A DNA stretch of 64,000 nt from Spirochaetia bacterium (GTDB lineage Bacteria; Spirochaetota; Spirochaetia; SZUA-6; Bin103), in assembly GCA_965198005.1 (NCBI GenBank), contig CBDAOI010000003.1, forward strand, positions 544,001 through 608,000, in the 5' to 3' direction. The position numbers were made by a program, and so were the translations under genes. Below, piece by piece: positions 55,900 through 64,000 of the stretch. Position 1 is the first letter of the stretch. The number at the start of each line of letters is the position of its first letter. The notes beneath the pieces are model-generated. The model saw only the letters and a program-made list of their open reading frames with translations, was not told the DNA's origin and did no database searches.

Positions 55900-56110
55900 T
55901 TCAACATGGGCACCAACCGGCGCTAGGAAGCGCCGTACGACACCATAAAGGAGCTGATCCACGGCGGCCGCCACGGCAGGTTGCTGTCGATGACCATCCT
56001 CCAGTGTTCGGCCTGTTCAACATGGGCAGCCACGCCTTCGATCTGTTCCTGTGGCTGAACGACGAGCCGGTGGAGTGGGTGCAGTTCCACCTGCGCGGGC
56101 ACCCGAACGA
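55900..56110 (+). pseudogene. Gfo/Idh/MocA oxidoreductase fragment
   Basis: GVAFNMGTNRR followed by a stop; GLFNMGSHAFDL. Confidence 0.45.
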
Positions 56111-56329
56111 TGATCGAGCCCGTGCGCGGAGCCGTGGTCCCCGCCGGCCCGCACCAGGCGGGGAGTGTCGGGTATACGGCCACGCCGCGAAGGCGACCGT
56201 CGTGATGGCGTTGGTCCATGCGGGTGTCCTGGGTGCCGAGGAGGGCGTTGTCGATCAGGTTCAGAAGCGGCCGATCTGGTCGGGGCCGGGGTCGCAGGCG
56301 GCGACCGAGGCGTCGAAGCTCTTTTGAGT

Positions 56330-56845
56330 GCGTTCGGCGCACAGCGGGGCCACGGCCGGCTCTTCCAACAGGTTGTTCAGCTCCAGTGGATCGGATTCGA
56401 GGTCGTACAGCTCGCCGTGGTCCAGACTGTGGTAGTTCACCAGCTTTGTGGCGCTCGTCGCGGTACATGGTGGCCCAGCACGGCGTGCGCCGGCCCGGCT
56501 CCTGCGGCAGGTACATGTTCAGGGCGTCGTAGTACTCGCATCTCACGTGGTCGCGGTGGCGCGCCGGGTCCGCCCCCCCGGTGAGGATCGGCAGCAGCGA
56601 GCGGCCGTTGGTCCACGCCAGCGGCTAGCCGGTCAGCTCGGCCAGTGTCGGCGCCACGTCGGTCAGCTCCACCAGCCCGTCGGCCACCAGCCCCTGCCGG
56701 AAGCGCCCGGCCAGGACACGATCAGCGGCACCCGCACCGCCCCCTCGTAGAAGCGGCAGCCCTTGGCGGTCAGGCCGTGGTCGCCGAGCATCTCGCCGTG
56801 CTCGGACATGAAGATCACCACGGTGTTGTCGCGCTGGCCGGTTCA
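56330..56845 (-). pseudogene. Sulfatase C-terminal fragments
   Basis: DNTVVIFMSEHGEMLGDHGL, FYEGAVRVPLIVSWPG, VELTDVAPTL, GELYDLESDP. Confidence 0.75.
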
Positions 56846-57280
56846 ATGAACGTAGTATCCAAATGCGGCTCGGGACTGGCCGGGGCGTTTGGATTCTTCC
56901 TGAGAGGCGACGATTCGAAGCGCAAACACACTTCGAAACCAGCCTACTAAATCCGTGGGTATCATCATCAAGATGACTACAACAATTCGTAAATCGACAG
57001 AGTTGGCGACGCAGGAGGCGAATCGCCGACCCAGAGCATCGCTCCCGGTACTCGGCGCCTACCCAGGAGGGCCCGAACACCCGCGCGCTCGTGGTAGTGT
57101 CGTGAGATTAACATAGGAACTGCCACCGGCGATGTTAGCCATGGATCACACAAGAACAGGTCAACTTGCTTCTGGAGTTGGGAGGAGTTGGGGGAAGCTG
57201 GGTGCGAACGCCTGGCGGGAATCCGGGTTATGGCGCGGTCTGACCCAGTAACCGGCACCCTCCGAAGCTATCTGGCCCGC

Positions 57281-58753
57281 CTATAGGACTTCCCCAGGTG
57301 GCCAGTGCTCGGGAGCTGTCACCCAAGCCTCCGCGTACCCCTGGTCGCCCCAACCTCGCACGCGACGGCACGCACATTTATCGCTTGTTTCGTCCTCCCA
57401 AGCAATGACCTCAAACTCGCGAGCCACGAGATTCATTTGGAGTCGTTCGAATGGTGGCTCGAATCGTCCGGTGATCCATCCGACGGCGTAGCCCGCCGCC
57501 AGCGCGCCTGCCGTCGTCGTAAGGTAGCCGACGGTGTTGAGTTGAGGGATCTCCTCCCAGTATGCACTATCCGGTTCGCCGCCCGGGTTGGCTGCCTGGG
57601 CCGCCGCACGCCGAGACTCTCGTTCCTGCTCGGACATGAGTTCCTGAGAGACTCGACGTGGGTCAATGAGCCCTCGGCATAGCGCGCACGGGTCCGCTGG
57701 CAGCCAGCGCAGTAGCTGTATAATCTGGCCGCGAACGGCCCCCTCCCTTCCTTCCAATGAGACAGCGCAGTCGATTGCCGGTACGAGGTAGCGTACCACG
57801 AGGTCGCTTAGGGCAAGGCGACTGTGTTGTTGATCCGTGCACCCAAGGATCACGTCTGCCTCGACGAGCTTATCCACCGCGAGTCCTTGAGGCAGCGCTC
57901 CCTTCACGGGAACGACCTCACACCGCTTGTTGATCGCGCCGACATGACGGCGCGCAATCTCTGACTTACTCACACGCGCCTCTCCATCACGCGGCCAGCT
58001 ACCGTGGACGCGCTCAAGATTGGAGGGCTCCAAATCGTCGGGATCTACGATGATCAGCCGCCCCACACCAGCGCGGACCAAGACCTCGATGGCCGCGGAG
58101 CCCGTGCCACCCGCACCCACGACGCCGACCGTGGCTCCCTGCAGTCTGCGTGCTGCCTCGTCGCCAAACGCGGCAGCGAGTCGACCTACAGTCTCAAGGT
58201 CCGGTGTGTCGAACCTGTCCTCACGATCGACATGAACCGGCTCGCGGTCTGATGGAAACCGCGAGATTGAGTGCCACTGGCCACCATAGAACACGCGGCC
58301 TCCCAAGACTACTTGGCCACCGACCTTGGAGACGATCAGGCTGACGTACGGTCGCCCGGGGGCGAACCCAGCAAAGTAGTCGGCGTAGTAGGCGTCCATG
58401 TCGTCGTCGATCAGGCTCGGTACAGGAGGGGAACCCTCCGGATGGCTGTGAATAACACCAACGGCCAGCGGGTGCGCCTCCGCATGGAGTGCCGTACGGA
58501 GAGTGTACGGCTCCAGAATTGCCACATGGTCCACTCCGTCATCGAGGTCCCCAGGCCTGGGCGCTTCGATACTCGCCAGTGTAAGGACCAGGGTGTCGCC
58601 TGTGTCTCGCCACCCGAATCTGGCGAACGTCGCCCATTCGTCCTTGGGGTATCGAGAAAACACCAAACGGAGCAGTTCCTGCCGTTCCGGGTTGCTCATC
58701 CGGACGACGACGACGCCGACCCGCGTCGCGATCAGTTCAGATGGGCAAGCCAT
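57281..58753 (-). CDS. JAB metallopeptidase-ThiF/E1 fusion (BubCD-like)
   Basis: IHSHP...PSLIDDD JAB motif; VGAGGTGS, DPDDLEPSNLERV, LGCTD, CALC, CAC; start uncertain (58753 or 58699). Confidence 0.9.
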   Translation of the reverse strand: MACPSELIATRVGVVVVRMSNPERQELLRLVFSRYPKDEWATFARFGWRDTGDTLVLTLASIEAPRPGDLDDGVDHVAILEPYTLRTALHAEAHPLAVGVIHSHPEGSPPVPSLIDDDMDAYYADYFAGFAPGRPYVSLIVSKVGGQVVLGGRVFYGGQWHSISRFPSDREPVHVDREDRFDTPDLETVGRLAAAFGDEAARRLQGATVGVVGAGGTGSAAIEVLVRAGVGRLIIVDPDDLEPSNLERVHGSWPRDGEARVSKSEIARRHVGAINKRCEVVPVKGALPQGLAVDKLVEADVILGCTDQQHSRLALSDLVVRYLVPAIDCAVSLEGREGAVRGQIIQLLRWLPADPCALCRGLIDPRRVSQELMSEQERESRRAAAQAANPGGEPDSAYWEEIPQLNTVGYLTTTAGALAAGYAVGWITGRFEPPFERLQMNLVAREFEVIAWEDETSDKCACRRVRGWGDQGYAEAWVTAPEHWPPGEVL

Positions 58754-59133
58754 GCGATCAAATGATCCAGATAGGTGTGGAACCCGTGGCGATTCGGATC
58801 CCATGGCGGACCTCCGCCCCCACCATGCGGATGATAGCTGGCGAGCTGCCACTTGCGATCGCCGACACTGATAAGGCCCTGGCTGTTCCGCCCACCCTTG
58901 ACGAGATCAAGGAACGGGGAGTCCACGGGCAGGCCCGCCAGGTCGATGATGCCCCCAGGGTAACCGCTGGGTACAGGTACCACGACATCTGATGCGGCCG
59001 GCAGCCCCCTCTCTTTACCAGCGGTAGGGACATCGAAATAGATGACAACGGGTCTCGAATCGACCACCAGTCCTGCGGCCTGCCCGCCGTCCGCCAACAC
59101 GCGTAGCTCGCGGGCTATACGATCTTGGTTCAT
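58732..59133 (-). CDS. Prokaryotic E2-like protein (family E / BubB-like), no cysteine
   Basis: VPSGYP, WQLASYH, WDP...HTYL; TGATG coupled to the Ubl gene. Confidence 0.82.
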   Translation of the reverse strand: MNQDRIARELRVLADGGQAAGLVVDSRPVVIYFDVPTAGKERGLPAASDVVVPVPSGYPGGIIDLAGLPVDSPFLDLVKGGRNSQGLISVGDRKWQLASYHPHGGGGGPPWDPNRHGFHTYLDHLIAWLAHLN

Positions 59134-59375
59134 CAACCCCCCTCGACGACTCTCCGTGTCACGAGAAAATGATCGTCGTGCTTGATTTCGACCTCCTCCT
59201 TCTCCCCGATCTCTCGCTTCTCGCCGTCCCTCTCGAGTCGAACCACGGCGTTGCCGGGCGGCACGTCCACGAGGAGCGCTACGTCCCCCCCGGTCATCCG
59301 TGGTTTGACCCCGTCACCTTCATCGAACTTGCGACGGTTGACGTAGATGATCAGATCGTTTCCCAACTTCGACAT
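59133..59375 (-). CDS. Ubiquitin-like (multi-ubiquitin type beta-grasp) protein ending in GG
   Basis: IYVN...MTGGDV...VEIKHDDHFLVTRRVVEGG then stop; RBS AAGGAGG. Confidence 0.88.
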   Translation of the reverse strand: MSKLGNDLIIYVNRRKFDEGDGVKPRMTGGDVALLVDVPPGNAVVRLERDGEKREIGEKEEVEIKHDDHFLVTRRVVEGG

Positions 59376-59448
59376 CGTTTCCTCCTTGCCCGGAGCCTAG
59401 CTCCTGAGCTATACTAAGTCGCAGCGAACGCTACGACACCGTATTGAT

Positions 59449-59477
59449 AAGATATACGTATCGTAGATTCCCGTCAA
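59449..59477 (-). promoter_or_regulatory. Sigma70-like promoter of the Ubl operon overlapping an inverted repeat (59431-59466)
   Basis: Minus strand TTGACG-N17-TATCTT; CTACGA..CGTAT-N9-ATACG..TCGTAG. Confidence 0.6.
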
Positions 59478-59494
59478 GGGGGGGTCGGACAACG

Positions 59495-59815
59495 ATGGAT
59501 GGGCTTCCCGAGCGCCTACGAGCAAACCGTAAGATGCGTGGCCTGACCCAAGCTGAGCTGGGAGCTAGGGCTGGGATTGCCGCGGCATCCGTTTCTCACT
59601 TCGAAACGGGGCAACGTGAGCCGTCGCTTGAGTCTCTCGTTCGTCTCGCAGACGCCCTTGAGTTGAGCACGGACGCGCTTCTTGGTCGTGGATTCCAAAA
59701 TCCTGCCATACGGGTCGACCCCGTTTTCCTCCGAGCGTCTCGGTCGGATTCGAAGACCCTCGACCTGGTCAAGAAGGTGACCCGGGCTTTGATCGAAGAT
59801 GCCCAAGAGGACTGA
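59495..59815 (+). CDS. XRE-family HTH regulator (CapH-like position)
   Basis: LRANRKMRGLTQAELG...SVSHFETGQREPSLESLVRLADAL. Confidence 0.92.
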   Translation: MDGLPERLRANRKMRGLTQAELGARAGIAAASVSHFETGQREPSLESLVRLADALELSTDALLGRGFQNPAIRVDPVFLRASRSDSKTLDLVKKVTRALIEDAQED

Positions 59816-60106
59816 CGCCCCCTAGGCAGGTCGGTTCGGGTCAGGCGGTGCTGCGAACGCCTCACGGGGATCCGGTAGCCGTTACGGGCCGCGGGGGTGC
59901 CAGGCTACTTGCGGCAATGGTGCCTCGTGGCCTATCCTGGCGCCAGTCGGTCCCGCTTCGCCTTCTGCGGAACCCGATCGTCGTGGACAAGCCCCGTTGG
60001 TTGGGCTTGGTGAGTAATCCGATGTGACGGCTCTTGCGCTGTCGATTCCATATACGGAGATCAATTGGACTTGGAAAGGACACATGACCGGACTCGGAAA
60101 GAACGC

Positions 60107-60313
60107 ATGACTCCTCTTGAGGATGAAAAGACGACGTTGCCCGAGCAGGATAGGGATCGCGCACCGATCGGTGAGGACGACGTGGAGCAGATGAAGCAGA
60201 TCTTCGAGGAAGCCAAACGCGTGGTCAAGCCAATCGTCAAACGTGAGTCGGGCGCGGAAGTTGTCAGCGTCGAACTCTTTAACATACGGCTCAAGGATGC
60301 TTATCGAGCCTGA
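60107..60313 (+). CDS. Small hypothetical protein
   Basis: 68 aa, overlaps the start of the downstream peptidase gene. Confidence 0.5.
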   Translation: MTPLEDEKTTLPEQDRDRAPIGEDDVEQMKQIFEEAKRVVKPIVKRESGAEVVSVELFNIRLKDAYRA

Positions 60314-61810
60314 CGGTCATCGTTACCCAGTCCAGCGGATACGAGTTCACCCGTTCAATCCACAGTTTGACAGGCTGTTTACAGTACCACCTGGGCAGAT
60401 TGGTATCGATTGGCCTCCTCCTCAAATGACGTATATGGGAATCTACCTGGGTTCTCTCGATTGTCGGACGATCGTTCATGAACGCCACTATATTGATCGT
60501 CACTATATTGACGACTTTTCTCTCTTCTACTCACGCAGCCTTCGGAATTACCCCAACAGCTGTCAACGACTTCACTTTTTTTCTTCAGAATTCGATGAAC
60601 ATCAGTGGTCTGGTTTGATTCAGAGGGCCAATGGCGGGGGGCGCGAAGAGGTTGAACGAGAGTTGGCGAGGCATTATCTGGGATTTATGGTGATCAAACC
60701 CCTTCCCGGCTGCCCCATTGGCAGAACCGTCGTTAGGACGTATGACCGTACTACTCCGAGCGGACGACGACGTGAGTTTAGTGCGATCCGTCGCTATGAG
60801 GTAAGCCTTGCCGGCTTGTCTTTGTCGGTCGAAGGGCTAGCCTTCCAACAACAAGACCAAGGTGTGAGTGCGTGTGCCACGACCGCCCTCTGGTCGGCTC
60901 TTCAGCGTACGGCACCCCGGGAGCACTTATCTTCGCCTACGCCGGCGCAGATCACGGAAGCTGCGTCACGTTACATGCTCCCGGAGGGGAGAGCTTTACC
61001 GTCTGAAGGTCTCCGCTTCGATCAACTGTGTGAAGCGGTTCGGGCGACTGGTCTCGCACCCGTCTTACTCACGTCGATATCGCCTCCCGAAGACCGAGCC
61101 CACATGGCGACGTACCTACGATCAGGCTTCCCTGTGCTGCTCGGAATCCTACCAATGGGGGGCGGCGAAGCTCACGCCGTGTGTTTGGTCGGACTTCGTT
61201 GGGGAGCGGTCCAGCCTCCAACGGATCCCAGCATCAGCTACCGGGACGGCTCGACGGCGATCGAGGGCGTATATGTGCATGATGACCGGCTGGGTCCATA
61301 CGCGTCAGCGCCCTTGAAGCCTACAACCATTAATGGCGACGTGGTAACGACTCTCGAATTGTCGTGGCCCGATGAACAGCCCGTCGAAGAGTTTCGACTC
61401 GTTGGAATGCTGATACCGGTCCCGGTGAACTCCGCCTATCGGCTGTTAGGTTGCGAGCGCTCGCACATGCGTTGGCCCAAACAGTTGCCGTCGGTATACC
61501 GGCTCTTGCTGGGCTCGAAGTGCACACATCGTTTTGCAAAGGTGCCTCCTATCGTACGAAGGCATACGATTTCAACCTCTCTTTGGAAGGACTCCGAGAG
61601 TTCACACACGAGACGCTCTTGTCGCGGTATGTCGGGGTAATCGAATTGGTTACGGACAACGGCCCGGTGGCGGACGTGATCCTTGATGCGACGGAGACGA
61701 GTCCAAATCCAGGTGTCTTGGCGGTCGTGCGCCGGGAAGCGGCCCCCCATGCCTACGGAAGGCAAATTCGCGTAATCGCCGAAGTGCTCGGGGCCAGAGG
61801 CATCACTTGA
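60297..61810 (+). CDS. Papain-fold/C39-like cysteine peptidase, frameshift near 61429
   Basis: QQDQGVSACATTALW, EAHAVCLVG, VHDD triad-like motifs; C-terminus continues in another frame to 61810. Confidence 0.65.
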
Positions 61811-61929
61811 CGTGAGCCGATACCATCGCGGCTGGAGTGTCAAACACGACGGTCGCCCACCTTCGCACTCGTGTGCGAGAGAGTATCGCAGTCCACCTAC
61901 GCGGCGTCGCCGGGACGCCAGACCAGCGG

Positions 61930-62175
61930 CACAAACATGCTGACAGACGATCACGCGCTCCACGTGTGCGTCGAGCGCTTCCTTGCCGCGGCGGAAGATC
62001 ACGTTATCTGCGGTCTGCCGCCTCCCCGCGGTGGTCAGTCGGTAGCGCATGCGTATGTCATTGCGGTCGAAGCCGTACGTCTCGATGAGCTGTCGGAGCA
62101 CCTTCTGAACGAGCCGCGTCTTGGAGGTCGCCCGCACCGTTTGACCGGTGAGGATGTTACTGCGGACTCTCGGTC
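61930..62175 (-). pseudogene. HsdR N-terminal-like fragment
   Basis: LVQKVLRQLIETYGFDRNDI...ADNVIFR. Confidence 0.5.
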
Positions 62176-62189
62176 GTTTCGCCGATAGC

Positions 62190-62390
62190 AGCGGTCATCT
62201 CCAGCAACGCTTCGCGCAGGAGGCGACTGAGATCCCGCTCGAAGCTCCGCGTTCGCCCGGCATATCCGGCAGCCGTCTGCAAGTCCTTGCTCGTAGCCTC
62301 TACGTCAACACAAGCTCGCAGCATGGCGACCTCTCTATCGCTCAATCCGGCTTGCACCCCAGCTTGCACCCCAGCTTTCACCCCGGTGCG
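62190..62390 (-). pseudogene. Winged-helix C-terminal fragment (Fic/RecG-C type)
   Basis: GVQAGVQAGLSDREVAMLRAC...GYAGRTRSFERDLSRLL...LEMT. Confidence 0.45.
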
Positions 62391-63123
62391 TGGTTGCCCA
62401 CCGGACACCGCCCGCGCGCCGCCGTGAGACGTCACTGGCGCTCGCCAAACCGTCGTCACGAATCCATCCGGCCGCTGCGGGTGACCGGCGGTGGTGGCCG
62501 AACCTGCGCGGCCGGAAGCCCTCCCGGTTGGTGATGCTGGCGCTGCTGCCGGTGGCCCGGATCACGAACAGCCCCCGTCGTTCCGCGTACGCGTCGGCCG
62601 CTTCGTCCGCCTTCAGGTAGGCGACCGCACCGTACGCGGCGTGGGCCGCATACTCCGGCAGCAGCACGGCGACGTTGCGCAGGGTCTCCAGGAAGTGTTC
62701 GACGTCGCGCACCTTCAGGGTGGTCTTGACTTCCACCGCCACCACCTCGGTGCTGTTGACCGCGAGGATGTCGATCTCCCAGCGCCTCCCGCCATGGTTG
62801 CGCTCCAGGTTGGTGGCGACGTGGTGCACGTCGATGCCGCGGCGGTTCAGGAGCGGAATCAGATCGCCCTTGACCAGCGCCTCCATCAGCTTCCCCCACT
62901 GACCGTTGAACAGTTTGTCGAGTTCGCGGAGGCGGCGGTCGGTCTCCTGCGAGCGGCGCTCGGCTGCAATCGCCTGTCGCGTGAGCAGCCGGTCGGTCTC
63001 CTGCATGCGTCGATCGGTCTCCTGCATCTGCCGGTCGGTGTTCCGCTGGCTTGCGGAAAGCTCGCGGAGGACCGCCCAGATCTCCTGCGGGGTGGCGTCT
63101 TTGCGGTGCCCGTCGTCAGCCAT
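62335..63123 (-). CDS. Coiled-coil plus PD-(D/E)XK nuclease-fold protein (DUF3782-like)
   Basis: QETDR repeats, WGKLMEALV, EIDILAVN...VEVKT; C-terminal extension may be read-through from a lost stop. Confidence 0.75.
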   Translation of the reverse strand: MADDGHRKDATPQEIWAVLRELSASQRNTDRQMQETDRRMQETDRLLTRQAIAAERRSQETDRRLRELDKLFNGQWGKLMEALVKGDLIPLLNRRGIDVHHVATNLERNHGGRRWEIDILAVNSTEVVAVEVKTTLKVRDVEHFLETLRNVAVLLPEYAAHAAYGAVAYLKADEAADAYAERRGLFVIRATGSSASITNREGFRPRRFGHHRRSPAAAGWIRDDGLASASDVSRRRAGGVRWATTHRGESWGASWGASRIER

Positions 63124-63651
63124 GCCGTGCCTGCCACCTCTGATTGTAGTCGTGCCGGCAGGCGCCGGTACACCGCGGCCGCCCCCGTCACCCCCGCCAG
63201 CGCAGCGGATGTTCGCCGACACGGCGGAACGAACCCGCGGGTTGTTGCTCAGGTCGAATTGCCATGGTCGCTGCCCTCCGCTCCGGGTCAACGGGCGGAG
63301 AGTCGGCGCTGCTTCAAGGACGACTGCCCCAATACAGGCGCCTCACAGCCGCTGGCGGCGCGGGGCTCAAAGGGGAGCGAACGGCTGCCGGCCGAGCAGC
63401 TCGTCGATGGCCGGCTGGCCGGTGGGGTACAGCCCCTCGGGCACGGTGGCTCCGGCCTGCAGCAACCGGCGCACCACCGCGGGGTAGTCGCCGCCGGGGT
63501 TCCACTGCCGGCGCACGGCGGTCTCGAGCGGAGTCCCAAACATCAGCGGCACGTCCAGTTCCGGGCGCGCGCCGTGTTCCAGCAGCACCGCCGCCATGGC
63601 GGGATTGCCCCGGCACGCCGTCCAGTGCAGGGGGGGTGGCTCCCATCCAGC
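62536..63651. repeat. Right, longer copy of imperfect direct repeat
   Basis: Matches 31593-32129 apart from 62718-63233 and a short insertion near 63322-63380. Confidence 0.85.
63367..63651 (-). pseudogene. Ankyrin-repeat protein 3' remnant
   Basis: Near-identical to 31828-32129. Confidence 0.7.
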
Positions 63652-63669
63652 GTGCCCACTTGGTGATCG

Positions 63670-64000
63670 ACGCCGGTGCCGGGCTGCCCTTGCACGACCT
63701 GATCACAGACCATATGCTGGGTGCGGGCGGTTGCACGGTGACGATACCCCCGTGCCCGGTGCTGACCAAAGGCGAGACTGACATCGCGCGAGCCTGGGTC
63801 TATGTGCGCGACGACAGGCCGTTCGGCGGTCCGGATCCGTCGGCCTAGTTCCGCTGTTCTTGGAAACGCTCGGGCGAACACCCGGTCGAGCATCTGCGCG
63901 GCTTCGCCGGCATCCTGCAGGCTGACGCCTACGCTGGATACAAGCGGCTCTATGTACCGAGTTGGTCTCCGGCGCCGGTCACCGTAGGGCTGCTTGCCCA
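63670..64000 (+). mobile_element. Degenerate IS66-family transposase fragment
   Basis: RLHGDDTPVP, AWVYVRDDRPFGG, HLRGFAGILQADAYAGY spread over different frames. Confidence 0.8.

Noticed and set aside
57281-59375. CBASS Cap2/Cap3 or ThiS/MoaD sulfur-carrier operon
   Set aside because: No CD-NTase and no thiamine, Moco or cysteine synthesis genes adjacent; a separate E2 plus Ubl points to protein conjugation

Overview
High-GC bacterial chromosome window with two parts. Bases 1-29.2 kb are an intact housekeeping backbone: pspA, hppA, ppk1, fba, rlmN, a pyruvate dehydrogenase cluster split by a pstS/LytTR insert, fabV, a TrmH methylase, a lone Mo-hydroxylase large subunit and a DAHP synthase-prephenate dehydratase fusion. 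Bases 29.2-64 kb are an accessory/defence island bordered by mosaics of gene fragments and by an imperfect duplicated segment (31593-32129 vs 62536-63651). The island carries: (i) a tightly coupled six-gene operon of YprA/DUF1998 helicase, SNF2 helicase, Type IIG-like N6-methyltransferase, PtuA-like ATPase, PtuB-like HNH and a second HNH; (ii) a DUF4062-NACHT protein; (iii) a truncated group II intron followed by an unannotated 49-codon poly-Arg ORF with its own promoter; (iv) tandem DUF5677-like paralogues; (v) a bacterial ubiquitin-like operon (Ubl ending in GG, Cys-less E2, JAB-E1 fusion) divergent from an XRE regulator, which is followed by a small ORF and a papain/C39-like peptidase. The ubiquitin-like locus with its peptidase arm is the best candidate for an undescribed system or variant. 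All family calls come from motif recognition by eye, not database searches. No tRNA, rRNA, CRISPR array or integrase was seen.
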